The position numbers and the translations under genes were made by a program. From positions 480,001-512,000 of the forward strand of contig NZ_LN831039.1 in the NCBI RefSeq assembly GCF_001457595.1: a stretch of DNA of 32,000 nucleotides, given 5' to 3'. The DNA comes from Mycolicibacterium smegmatis. Lineage in GTDB: Bacteria; Actinomycetota; Actinomycetes; Mycobacteriales; Mycobacteriaceae. Shown here piece by piece: positions 1-10,722 of this stretch (positions are counted from its first letter, which is position 1; every line of letters starts with the position of its first letter). The notes below the pieces were generated by a model. The model ran no database searches. It was not told the DNA's origin and saw only the letters and a program-made list of their open reading frames with translations.

Positions 1-2
1 TG

Positions 3-2024
3 ATGGCGGCCCAGCTCGACGAGGCCGGCGGTGTGCTGCTCAACCGGATGATGCGCGACCTCGGTATCGAGGTGCACACCGCGGTGAGCACCCAGAGCAT
101 CGCACCGGCGCAGAAGCGCAAGCCACTGCGCAGGTCCGAGATCGACGACTCGCTGCGGGTATCGCTCGACGACGGCACCGCGATCGACGCGGGCGTGGTG
201 ATCTTCGCCGCCGGCGTGCGTCCTCGCGACGAACTGGCCCGCGAGGCCGGCCTGGACATGGCGCAGCGTGGCGGCGTGCTCACCGATTCGAATTGTGTGA
301 CAAGTGATCCCAACATCTATGCGATCGGCGAGGTGGCCGCCGTCGATGGTCGCTGCTACGGCCTGGTGGCACCGGGTTACACCACGGCCGAGGTGGTCGC
401 CGACCGCCTGCTCGGCGGCTCGGCCGAGTTCCCCGGCGCGGACATGTCGACCAAGCTCAAGCTGCTCGGTGTCGACGTCGCGAGTTTCGGTGATGCCAAG
501 GGGATCACACCGAACTGCCTTGAGGTGGTGGTCAACGACCCGGTCAAGCAGACCTACGCCAAACTGGTGCTCTCCGATGACGCCAAGACCCTGCTGGGCG
601 GCATCCTGGTCGGTGACGCCTCGGCCTACGGCGTGCTGCGGCCCATGGTCGCCAGTGAGCTGCCCGGTGACCCGCTGGCGCTGATCGCCCCGACCACCGG
701 CGGCGACGCTCCCGGCCTCGGTGTGGGGGCGCTGCCGGACATCGCACAGATCTGCTCGTGCAACAACGTCACGAAGGGGGACCTGACCGAGGCCATCGCC
801 GGCGGATGCTGCGATGTCGCCGACCTCAAGAAGTGCACGCTGGCCGGTACGTCGTGCGGGTCCTGTGTTCCGCTGCTCAAGCAACTCCTCGAGGCCCAGG
901 GGGTGGAGCAGTCCAAGGCGCTGTGCGAGCACTTCAGCCAGTCACGCGCCGAGTTGTTCGAGATCATCTCGGCCACCGAGATCCGCACCTTCTCGGGGCT
1001 GATCGAGCGCTTCGGCACCGGAAAAGGTTGCGACATCTGCAAACCCACGATCGCGTCGATCCTGGCATCGACGAGTTCGGACCACATCCTCGACGGTGAG
1101 CAGGCCGCGCTGCAGGACAGCAACGACCACTTCCTGGCCAACATCCAACGCAACGGCAGCTACTCGGTGGTGCCCCGCGTGCCCGGCGGAGACATCACGC
1201 CCGAACAGCTGATCCTGATCGGCGAGATCGCAAGGGATTTCGGCCTCTACACCAAGATCACCGGCGGCCAGCGCATCGACATGTTCGGCGCGCGGGTCGA
1301 GCAGTTGCCCGAGATCTGGCGACGACTGGTCGAAGGCGGCATGGAGTCCGGCCATGCCTACGGCAAATCGCTGCGCACTGTGAAGAGTTGCGTGGGGAGT
1401 GACTGGTGCCGCTACGGACAACAGGATTCGGTCCAGATGGCCATCAACCTCGAGTTGCGGTACCGCGGTCTGCGCGCACCGCACAAGATCAAGATGGGTG
1501 TTTCGGGTTGTGCACGCGAGTGTGCCGAGGCCCGTGGCAAGGACGTCGGCGTCATCGCGACCGACAGTGGGTGGAACCTCTACGTCGGCGGCAACGGCGG
1601 CATGACGCCGCGGCATGCGCAACTGCTGGCGGGCGATCTCGACGACGAGACCCTGATCCGCTACATCGACCGGTTCCTCATGTTTTACATCCGCACGGCG
1701 GACCGGTTGCAACGCACGGCGCCGTGGGTCGAGGCCCTCGACGGCGGCATCGATCACCTCCGCGATGTCGTGTGCGACGATTCGCTCGGCCTGGCCGAGG
1801 AGTTCGAGGCCGCGATGGCCCGCCACGTCGAGGGTTACGCCTGCGAGTGGAAAGGCGTGCTGCAAGACCCTGACAAGCTCGCGCGTTTCGTCTCGTTCGT
1901 CAATGCGCCCGACACCCCCGATCCGACCGTCTCGTTCACCGAGCGCAGCGGACGCAAGGTTCCCGACCTGCGTCCGGTATCCATCGGAATGCCCACGATC
2001 CGGCCACTACAGGAGATGTCATGA
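3..2024 (+). CDS. nirB: Assimilatory NAD(P)H nitrite reductase large subunit NirB, 5'-truncated by the window edge
   Basis: 673 aa open from the window start. It has a BFD-like [2Fe-2S] Cys cluster (CSCNNVTKGDL...CGSCVP) and a siroheme/[4Fe-4S] Cys motif (KSCVGSDWCRYG ... GVSGCARECAEA). High GC3. Stop overlaps the nirD start (ATGA at 2021-2024). Confidence 0.95.
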   Translation: MAAQLDEAGGVLLNRMMRDLGIEVHTAVSTQSIAPAQKRKPLRRSEIDDSLRVSLDDGTAIDAGVVIFAAGVRPRDELAREAGLDMAQRGGVLTDSNCVTSDPNIYAIGEVAAVDGRCYGLVAPGYTTAEVVADRLLGGSAEFPGADMSTKLKLLGVDVASFGDAKGITPNCLEVVVNDPVKQTYAKLVLSDDAKTLLGGILVGDASAYGVLRPMVASELPGDPLALIAPTTGGDAPGLGVGALPDIAQICSCNNVTKGDLTEAIAGGCCDVADLKKCTLAGTSCGSCVPLLKQLLEAQGVEQSKALCEHFSQSRAELFEIISATEIRTFSGLIERFGTGKGCDICKPTIASILASTSSDHILDGEQAALQDSNDHFLANIQRNGSYSVVPRVPGGDITPEQLILIGEIARDFGLYTKITGGQRIDMFGARVEQLPEIWRRLVEGGMESGHAYGKSLRTVKSCVGSDWCRYGQQDSVQMAINLELRYRGLRAPHKIKMGVSGCARECAEARGKDVGVIATDSGWNLYVGGNGGMTPRHAQLLAGDLDDETLIRYIDRFLMFYIRTADRLQRTAPWVEALDGGIDHLRDVVCDDSLGLAEEFEAAMARHVEGYACEWKGVLQDPDKLARFVSFVNAPDTPDPTVSFTERSGRKVPDLRPVSIGMPTIRPLQEMS

Positions 2025-2389
2025 CGCTGACCGACGATCGTAAGGACGTTGTCGCCCAGACACACTCGGAGTGGACCAGGGCGTGTGCCTACGACTTCCT
2101 CATACCGGGACGCGGTGTCGCGGTGCTGTTGGCCGACGGATCGCAGGCCGCCTTGTTCAAGCTGGATGACGGTTCGGTGCACGCCATCGGCAACATCGAC
2201 CCGTTCTCGGGCGCCGCGGTGATGTCGCGTGGGATCACCGGTGACCGCGGCGGCTGCCTGACGGTGCAGTCGCCCATCAAGAAGCAGGCGTTCGCGCTCG
2301 TCGACGGGGTCTGCCTCGACGATCCCGAGGTGTCGCTGCCGGTGTACCGGACGAGGATCTCCGCCGACGGTTTCGTGGAGATCGCCTGA
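2021..2389 (+). CDS. nirD: Nitrite reductase small subunit NirD (Rieske-like fold)
   Basis: 122 aa, with AGGAG 6 nt upstream and a 4-nt ATGA overlap with nirB. The size and position immediately after nirB are typical of NirD. Confidence 0.9.
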   Translation: MTLTDDRKDVVAQTHSEWTRACAYDFLIPGRGVAVLLADGSQAALFKLDDGSVHAIGNIDPFSGAAVMSRGITGDRGGCLTVQSPIKKQAFALVDGVCLDDPEVSLPVYRTRISADGFVEIA

Positions 2390-2403
2390 GCACTGCCGCC
2401 CGG

Positions 2404-2646
2404 TCAGCCGATGTGCTCACTGGCGGCAAGCCAGTGTGTGTCGCGCCCGGAGGATTTGCTGCGGCGTACGTCGCCGCGGCGCTCCAGCACCGTCAGGTTG
2501 CGGTACACGGCCTCGATCACGACCGGATCGCCGAACCTCTCGCGTACGTCATCGCGCAGTTGCGCGGTGGACTTCGACTGTCTCGTATCGCTCAACACTG
2601 CCATCAGTTGCTGTCGTAGCCGCTCGGCCGGCGTCGGATCAGGCAC
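2404..2646 (-). CDS. Small hypothetical protein, possible winged-helix DNA-binding fold; start uncertain (open frame extends to 2814)
   Basis: The C-terminal ~70 codons have high GC3 and a wHTH-like pattern (STAQLRDDVRERFGDPVVIEAVYRNLTVLERRGDV). Codons upstream of ~2650 have many A/T-ending third positions, so the 136-aa full ORF is probably over-extended. Candidate starts are GTG 2646 or ATG 2604. Confidence 0.45.
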   Translation of the reverse strand: MPDPTPAERLRQQLMAVLSDTRQSKSTAQLRDDVRERFGDPVVIEAVYRNLTVLERRGDVRRSKSSGRDTHWLAASEHIG

Positions 2647-2991
2647 TGGCGCTGCCGGTTCGGCTGCGGTTGCGCGCCGCGCTGGCCGGTGTTGTGTGCT
2701 GCACCGAAGTCTTACCCCCACAAAATGTCGAACGATCGTGGACACGATAGCTGAGTTCAAGTCGGCAACCCGCAACCGCCCTGTTCCGGACCCTGGAACC
2801 GGCGCATCCGTCAATTAATTGCCTGAGTAAATACCAGAACAACCGGTGTTTGAGACGCCGTATTCCTGGGAATCCCGGCAGGGCGAACGTTGGAAGCCCG
2901 TGATGTCCCTCATGACTGGCTAACTAGATTTGTTCGCTGGCGGTGTTTATCATCGCCTCAGGGTAGATCGATGACAAAAGGCTGAAGAGGG

Positions 2992-3615
2992 ATGTTGGGG
3001 CGTTCGTTTCTGAACCTGGTCGGCACTGCGGCAGTGCTGGGGGCTCTGATTGCTGCAGCAATGCCACTCGGCCTGAGTGCCGTCGACCGCGCCGGTTCGC
3101 CGATTCCGTGTGGCACCGCGCTGAACCCGGACTACCGGGTCGCCGCGAAGGAAGACCTGCTGAACCACGATCAGTTCACGCTCGTCGGACCGGTGTTTGC
3201 CACCAGCGATTACAAAGGGCAGTGTGCCGAAATCGTCGGTCAGCGCAGAATGGCCGCCATGTCGGTGGCGGGCGGCGGAATCCTGATTTTGCTCACGGTG
3301 TTCACCGCGCCGTTTGCGGCGCAAGCCGCGGCACGCGTCGTCGCCTCACGCCGCAGCAGGCAGGCTGAGAACGCCGGCCCGGCGGAACCGGTTCGCGACG
3401 AGCCGGACCATGCCCCCGTGGGTGCCCAGTGGAGCGGTTACCAGGTCGGCGCCGGCCTCACGCAGCCGATCCTGGAAAAGACCCTCGGCGAGCAGATAGG
3501 AAGCCACGACTATGCGGCGGTCGCTGCGGCGGCGCTGCGCCGCGACGGCGTCGGCGATCCTCGGAGCGCCGGTGGCGGCGTAGGCCAGCTCTACGCGGTC
3601 GCCGGTAACGGCTGA
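2992..3615 (+). CDS. Hypothetical exported/membrane protein with an N-terminal signal or TM segment, two Cys and a second TM
   Basis: 207-aa ORF with hydrophobic N-terminus LNLVGTAAVLGALIAAAMPLGLSA, Cys40/Cys77 and a second hydrophobic stretch GGGILILLTVFTAPFAA. The last ~90 codons are antisense to the chelatase gene (3346-3615), so the C-terminal tail may be a read-through artefact of GC-rich antisense sequence. Confidence 0.45.
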   Translation: MLGRSFLNLVGTAAVLGALIAAAMPLGLSAVDRAGSPIPCGTALNPDYRVAAKEDLLNHDQFTLVGPVFATSDYKGQCAEIVGQRRMAAMSVAGGGILILLTVFTAPFAAQAAARVVASRRSRQAENAGPAEPVRDEPDHAPVGAQWSGYQVGAGLTQPILEKTLGEQIGSHDYAAVAAAALRRDGVGDPRSAGGGVGQLYAVAGNG

Positions 3616-4041
3616 CAGCATCGCGGCGGTCCGGCGCAGATCGGACTGTGCGTACGGGTCCGAGGTGCCGGCTGCGGCCAGGATCACCGCGTCGCCCGGC
3701 TGCCACCCGGATTCGACGAGCCGATCGGCGAGCACCCGGACGGTCCCGTGACAGGGTCCGAGCGGCGGGGTGACCGTGACGAGCGGATGGCCGCTGGCCG
3801 ACACATGAGCAGGAACGTCGACGCGCACGTGATACCCGGCGGCGAGGAATGCGGGCACCAGCACCACCGGCCGATCGGCCGGCATGGTGTCCAGCACGTC
3901 CCGTGGGGTCGGGCCCAATACGTCGACGAATGCGACCTGGACACTTCGTTCGAGCTGTTCGGCCACCCGCTCGGCGAGATCGGCGATCATCGCGACCCCA
4001 CCGGGTTTGCGGGTGCCGTGCGCCACCAGCAGCAGGCTCAT
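3346..4041 (-). CDS. CbiX/SirB-type sirohydrochlorin chelatase (Rv0259c-like)
   Basis: 231 aa from ATG 4041 (MSLLLVAHGTRKPGG...). Two-lobed CbiX pattern: VAHGTR in lobe 1 and AAAGTSDP in lobe 2. ATGA overlap (4038-4041) with the stop of the upstream regulator gene. The 436-aa ORF in the track is an upstream over-extension. Confidence 0.85.
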   Translation of the reverse strand: MSLLLVAHGTRKPGGVAMIADLAERVAEQLERSVQVAFVDVLGPTPRDVLDTMPADRPVVLVPAFLAAGYHVRVDVPAHVSASGHPLVTVTPPLGPCHGTVRVLADRLVESGWQPGDAVILAAAGTSDPYAQSDLRRTAAMLSAVTGDRVELAYAATGAPRIADAVAAQRRRSDRRIVVASYLLAEGLFQDRLREAGADLVTAPLGTHGGMVRLVANRFRRAGVLSLPAAA

Positions 4042-5225
4042 AACGCGCGTGCCATCTCTGTGTCGGTGTCGTCGACCGCCAGCCGATAACCCCTTTTCAC
4101 CACGGTGGACACGATGCTCTTGTCTCCCAATGCAGTTCGAAGGCGCAGCACCGCGGTCTCGACGGCGTGGGTGTCGGTCCCGCTGCCGGGCAGCGCGCCC
4201 AGCAGATCGAAACGTGACACCACCGCGCCGGGCCGGTGCGCGAGCGCCCGGATGGTGGCCATACCCGCGGGGGACAGCGACTTGACCACGCCGTCCACCA
4301 GCACGCAGGTCCCTCGGATCTCGAGGAGGTGACCCGCGACCCGCAACGTACGGGACTGCAGCAGGGGCAACTCGTCGGTGATGTGGCGGGCCAGTGCGCC
4401 CAACCGCATGCGCTCGGGCGCCGACGTGGGAATGCCGAGGCGCACGAGCGGACGCGCCGTGACCGGTCCGACGCACATCGCGTGGACGTCGGTGCGCAGC
4501 GCGGAGACCACCTGCTCGGTCAGTCCCAACTCGGTGGCTCTCATCAGCACCGAGGCGACGGCCGGGGCCGAGGTGAAACTGACTGCGTCGAAGCGCCGTT
4601 CGGCGATGCCTGCGACGAGTTGGTCGAACTCGCCGCCCGGTGGGGCGGGATGCCACCGGTAGACACGGATCGGCACCACCTCTGCACCCGCGACACGCAG
4701 CTCGTCGAGGAACTCAGGGAACGGATCCCAGTCGTCGGTGGCGCCGTGGAGTTGCACGGCGATGCGCCGGCCGTCGACGCCGTGCTCGACGAGGTAGCGG
4801 ACCACCTCGCGGGAGGATTCGGAGTCCGGCGACCACTCCTCCGGCAACCCGGCGGCCCGTAGTGCCCCCGTGGCCTTCGGCCCCCTGGACACGATGCGAG
4901 CCTTGCCCAGCGCCTCGGTCAGCTCGCCGGCCAGGCCCCAGCCGTCGGCTGCGGCGATCCACCCCCGCAACCCGATGCCGGTGGTGGCGACGACGATGTC
5001 GGGCGGGTCGGTGATCAACGACTCGGTGTGTGCCCGCAGTTCGTCGTCGTCGGGCAGCGGCACCATGGTGATCGCGGGCGCGCTGGTCACCGTCGCGCCC
5101 CTCCTGCGCAGCAGGGCGCACAGTTCATCGGCTCGTCGGGCGGAGGTCACCGCCACCCGGAATCCGGTGAGGGGTGCCCAGTCGGGCTCACGCATGCTTC
5201 CTGTGTAGGCAGGCTCTGTTTCCAC
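4038..5225 (-). CDS. Fusion protein: uroporphyrinogen-III synthase (HemD)-like domain plus a C-terminal OmpR/PhoB-type winged-helix DNA-binding domain (Rv0260c-like)
   Basis: 395 aa. The N-terminal ~250 aa are HemD-like (two alpha/beta lobes: RVAVTSARRADEL..., VATTGIGLRGW..., FTSAPAV). The C-terminus (RFDLLGALPGSGTDTHAVETAVLRLRTALGDKSIVSTVVKRGYRL) is typical trans_reg_C. GTG start at 5225 lies 4 nt after the narK3 stop; an alternative ATG is at 5195. Confidence 0.85.
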   Translation of the reverse strand: METEPAYTGSMREPDWAPLTGFRVAVTSARRADELCALLRRRGATVTSAPAITMVPLPDDDELRAHTESLITDPPDIVVATTGIGLRGWIAAADGWGLAGELTEALGKARIVSRGPKATGALRAAGLPEEWSPDSESSREVVRYLVEHGVDGRRIAVQLHGATDDWDPFPEFLDELRVAGAEVVPIRVYRWHPAPPGGEFDQLVAGIAERRFDAVSFTSAPAVASVLMRATELGLTEQVVSALRTDVHAMCVGPVTARPLVRLGIPTSAPERMRLGALARHITDELPLLQSRTLRVAGHLLEIRGTCVLVDGVVKSLSPAGMATIRALAHRPGAVVSRFDLLGALPGSGTDTHAVETAVLRLRTALGDKSIVSTVVKRGYRLAVDDTDTEMARAL

Positions 5226-5229
5226 GGCG

Positions 5230-6639
5230 TTACCCCGCGATTGCTGGGGCGTGTCGCTCGGTCCCTGTGACCGGCATCGCAGCGGGGCGGCGCACGTAGC
5301 AGAACCAGGTCACCACCGACGCCAGCACGTAGAACGCCAGGAAGATCCAGAACGCGGTGGTCGCCGAACCGCTGGATAGGTAGGACTGCCGCAACGCCAT
5401 GTTGATCCCCACGCCGCCCAGCGCCCCGACCGCACCCGCGAAGCCGATGAGCGCACCGGACATCGACCGCGACCAGTGCCTGCGCTCGTCCTCGCTGACG
5501 TCCAGCGAGTGGCTGCGCGCCTCGAAGATCGACGGGATCATCTTGTACACCGAACCGTTGCCGATACCGCTGAGCAGGAACAGCGCGATGAAACCGACGA
5601 CGTAGCCGCCCATCATCAGTCCGGTGGCGGCCTCGCTGCTGCCGTCGGAGACCGTGCTGACCGCGACCAGCAGACCGGCGCCCAGGATCATCCCGGCGAA
5701 CACCGCCAGGGTGACCCGCCCGCCGCCGATGCGGTCGGCGAGCTTGCCGCCGTACACCCGCGACAGGGAGCCCAGCAGCGGACCGATGAAGGCGATCTGC
5801 GCGGCGTGCAGCGACGCCTGAGCCGGGGTCTGGCCGCCGGAGATGAAGTTGATCTGCAACACCTGGCCGAACGCGAACGCGAACCCGATGAACGATCCGA
5901 ACGTGCCGATGTAGAGCAACGAGATGATCCACGTATCCCGTTCGCCCAGAATCGCTTTCATGGCACCGAGATCGATCTTGTGATGCTCGAGGTTGTCCAT
6001 GTACAGCGCCGCGCCCAGGCCCGCCACGGCAAGGGCGACCAGGTAGACCGCGCACACCCAGTACGGGGCCCGGTTGCCCGCCGTCGCGATCACGAACAGG
6101 CCCACCAACTGGATCATCGGGACGCCGATGTTGCCCCCGCCCGCGTTGAGTCCCAGCGCCCAGCCCTTGAGCCGCTGCGGGTAGAAGGCGTTGATGTTGG
6201 TCATCGACGACGCGAAGTTGCCCCCGCCGAAGCCGGCCAGCGCGGCGCACACCAGGTACGGCCACAGCGGCAGGCCCGGGTTGGCCATCAACACGACGGT
6301 CATCACGGTCGGGATCAGCAGCACGAGTGCGGAGAACACCGTCCAGTTGCGACCGCCGAACGTCGCGGTGGCCAGCGTGTACGGGATGCGCAGGCACGAC
6401 CCGACCAGGGTGGCCGTGGCCCCGAGCAGGAACTTGTCACCCGCCGAGAACCCGTAGACGGCCTCGGGCATGAACAGCACCATCACCGACCAGATCGACC
6501 AGATGGAGAAGCCGATGTGCTCGGCGACCACCGACCAGATCAGGTTGCGACGTGCGACGTACTTGTTGCCGGCCTCCCAGGCCACGACGTCCTCGGGATC
6601 CCAGTTCGTGATGCGCTTCGGCTTGAGCAGAGTGGGCAT
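5230..6639 (-). CDS. narK3: MFS nitrate/nitrite transporter (NarK family, NarK3-like)
   Basis: 469 aa, 12 predicted TM segments and a NarK-type glycine-rich motif (GFGGGNFASSM). Position matches Rv0261c synteny. Confidence 0.92.
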   Translation of the reverse strand: MPTLLKPKRITNWDPEDVVAWEAGNKYVARRNLIWSVVAEHIGFSIWSIWSVMVLFMPEAVYGFSAGDKFLLGATATLVGSCLRIPYTLATATFGGRNWTVFSALVLLIPTVMTVVLMANPGLPLWPYLVCAALAGFGGGNFASSMTNINAFYPQRLKGWALGLNAGGGNIGVPMIQLVGLFVIATAGNRAPYWVCAVYLVALAVAGLGAALYMDNLEHHKIDLGAMKAILGERDTWIISLLYIGTFGSFIGFAFAFGQVLQINFISGGQTPAQASLHAAQIAFIGPLLGSLSRVYGGKLADRIGGGRVTLAVFAGMILGAGLLVAVSTVSDGSSEAATGLMMGGYVVGFIALFLLSGIGNGSVYKMIPSIFEARSHSLDVSEDERRHWSRSMSGALIGFAGAVGALGGVGINMALRQSYLSSGSATTAFWIFLAFYVLASVVTWFCYVRRPAAMPVTGTERHAPAIAG

Positions 6640-6747
6640 GCGAGCACGCTAGAAAGCGATTATTGCCCCGACACTGCGCGCGATGACCCGGCCGTGAAAT
6701 TCCGCTCACCTGGATCGGCGGGCAGGTGTGAGAAAGCCGTTACGCGG

Positions 6748-8983
<2,236 letters not shown>

Positions 8984-8997
8984 CTACCCGCGGGTAG
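8984..8997. promoter_or_regulatory. Perfect 14-bp palindrome CTACCCGCGGGTAG, just upstream of the pxpB ORF and downstream of the yhhQ-like stop
   Basis: Read directly from the sequence. It has no loop, so it is a poor terminator and more consistent with a dimeric protein-binding site. Function unknown. Confidence 0.3.
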
Positions 8998-9048
8998 CTA
9001 AGAACGGTACGGCTCTGTGAGCCTTGCCAGAGCTGCCTTACCGAAGCC

Positions 9049-9729
9049 TCACACGGCGACCTGATACGTGGGTTCGGAGCGCTTGACGAACGCGATGACG
9101 CGGTAGGTCACCGGCAGCATGAGCACCTCTACGGCGGTCTTGTAGAACCAGCCGAGCGCGGTGTAGGTCACGAAGTCGCCGAATGTCGAGATGCCGATCG
9201 CACCCGCGGCGATCGCACAGAACACCAGCGTGTCGCCGAGCTGACCGGCGAACGTCGATCCGATCAGGCGCGCCCAGAGATGTTTCTCCTTGGTCCGCTG
9301 TTTGATGGCGACGACGACCCAGGCGTTGATGGTCTGCCCGACGAGGAACCCGGCCAGGCCGGCGACGATCAGCTGTGTGTAGGCGCCGACGACGTTCTCG
9401 AAGTGCTCCTGATTGGTGTAGAAGTCGGCCGCGGGCAGATAGACGGTGACCCAGAACGCGAGCGCGGCCAGCGCGTTCATCGCGAAACCGAGCAGGATCG
9501 CGCGACGTGCGGCCTTGAAGCCGTACACCTCCGACAGCACGTCGCCGATCACGTAGGTCAGCGGGAACACGATGAACCCGCCGTCGGTGATGATCGGTCC
9601 GAACGCCACGCCTTTGGTGGCGGTGACGTTGGAGATGATCACCAGGGCCGTGAAGACCGCGACGAACATCGGATAGTAGGCCGATCCGACGGAGGCGGTG
9701 CCGCGGTGCTCGGGTTCGGGAATGCTCAC
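9049..9729 (-). CDS. yhhQ: YhhQ/VUT-family membrane protein (queuosine-precursor transporter family)
   Basis: 226 aa, ~6 TM segments and family-typical motifs (ISNVTATK, VFPLTYVIGDVLSEVYG, ARRAILLGF). Confidence 0.82.
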   Translation of the reverse strand: MSIPEPEHRGTASVGSAYYPMFVAVFTALVIISNVTATKGVAFGPIITDGGFIVFPLTYVIGDVLSEVYGFKAARRAILLGFAMNALAALAFWVTVYLPAADFYTNQEHFENVVGAYTQLIVAGLAGFLVGQTINAWVVVAIKQRTKEKHLWARLIGSTFAGQLGDTLVFCAIAAGAIGISTFGDFVTYTALGWFYKTAVEVLMLPVTYRVIAFVKRSEPTYQVAV

Positions 9730-9753
9730 TCGGCCTATCTTCTCAGGCCGTGC

Positions 9754-10707
9754 TCATCCCAGCACGCGGGCCAACTCCGGCGGCAGTTGATCGGCGACGA
9801 CGGGATAGGACAGCGGCGAGGCGAAGGCGATGGCTCCCGCGAGCTCCTTGGTGGTGAAGATGTTCCGATCACGCCTCGTGGCCGCGAGTTGAGCGACGAT
9901 GGGGTCCGCCAGCAACGCATCGCGGTCCTGATCGCTCTCGGTCGTCCAAATCAGCACGTCGGCGCCGTCGAGCACCGAGGCGATCTCGTCGCGGGGGATC
10001 AACGCGGGCACCTCGGGCACCGTCAGGCCCATCTGCGTGAGGAAGTCGGTGCGCCATCCCGGCGGCGTGGCCTGCACACCGCCGCGGTACAACGTGCCGC
10101 CCAGCAGGAGTGCCTTCTTGCCGGAGAATTGCGGGTGATCGGTCTTCACGGTGGTGAACCTGTCGTCGACCGATTTGATCAGCTCGGTCATCTCGGCGTT
10201 CTTGAACACCGCCTGACCGATGATCGTGGCCTGGTCCTTCCACGGTTCGAAGAACGCCTCGGAGCCGGTCTGCGCGACCGTCGGAGCGATCTCGGACAGC
10301 TTCGCGTAGGTGTCGGCGTCCAGGCCCGCGTTGGTGGCGACGATGAGATCCGGTTTCAGTGCCGCGATCTCCTCGACCGGGATGCCGTTGTCGAGGTTGA
10401 GCACGGTGGGCTGCGCCCCGGCGAGTTGCCGTTGCGCCCAAGGCCATACGCCGAACGGTTCACCACCGAACCAGTCGGTCACCGCGATCGGCACGACCCC
10501 GACCGCGAGCAGGTCGTCCTGCTCGGTGAGACCGGCGCTCACCACACGCTGGGGCGGGCCGGGGATCGTGGTGTCGCCGAAGGCGTGGCGGACGGTGACC
10601 GATCCGTCGTCGGCGACTTCGCCGGGTTTGTCGGTGCTGCACGCGGCCACGAGTGCCAATCCGGCGGTCACCGCCAGAAACCCGCGTCGGGTCAGTGGTC
10701 TCGGCAC
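9754..10707 (-). CDS. fecB2: Periplasmic iron-siderophore/heme-type ABC substrate-binding lipoprotein (FecB2/Rv0265c-like) with a Tat-type signal
   Basis: 317 aa. Twin-arginine motif TRRGFL followed by lipobox LVAAC. Class III SBP-like body (DLIVATNAGLD...). No cognate permease or ATPase genes in the window. Confidence 0.86.
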   Translation of the reverse strand: MPRPLTRRGFLAVTAGLALVAACSTDKPGEVADDGSVTVRHAFGDTTIPGPPQRVVSAGLTEQDDLLAVGVVPIAVTDWFGGEPFGVWPWAQRQLAGAQPTVLNLDNGIPVEEIAALKPDLIVATNAGLDADTYAKLSEIAPTVAQTGSEAFFEPWKDQATIIGQAVFKNAEMTELIKSVDDRFTTVKTDHPQFSGKKALLLGGTLYRGGVQATPPGWRTDFLTQMGLTVPEVPALIPRDEIASVLDGADVLIWTTESDQDRDALLADPIVAQLAATRRDRNIFTTKELAGAIAFASPLSYPVVADQLPPELARVLG

Positions 10708-10722
10708 TTCGCCAGCGTACGG

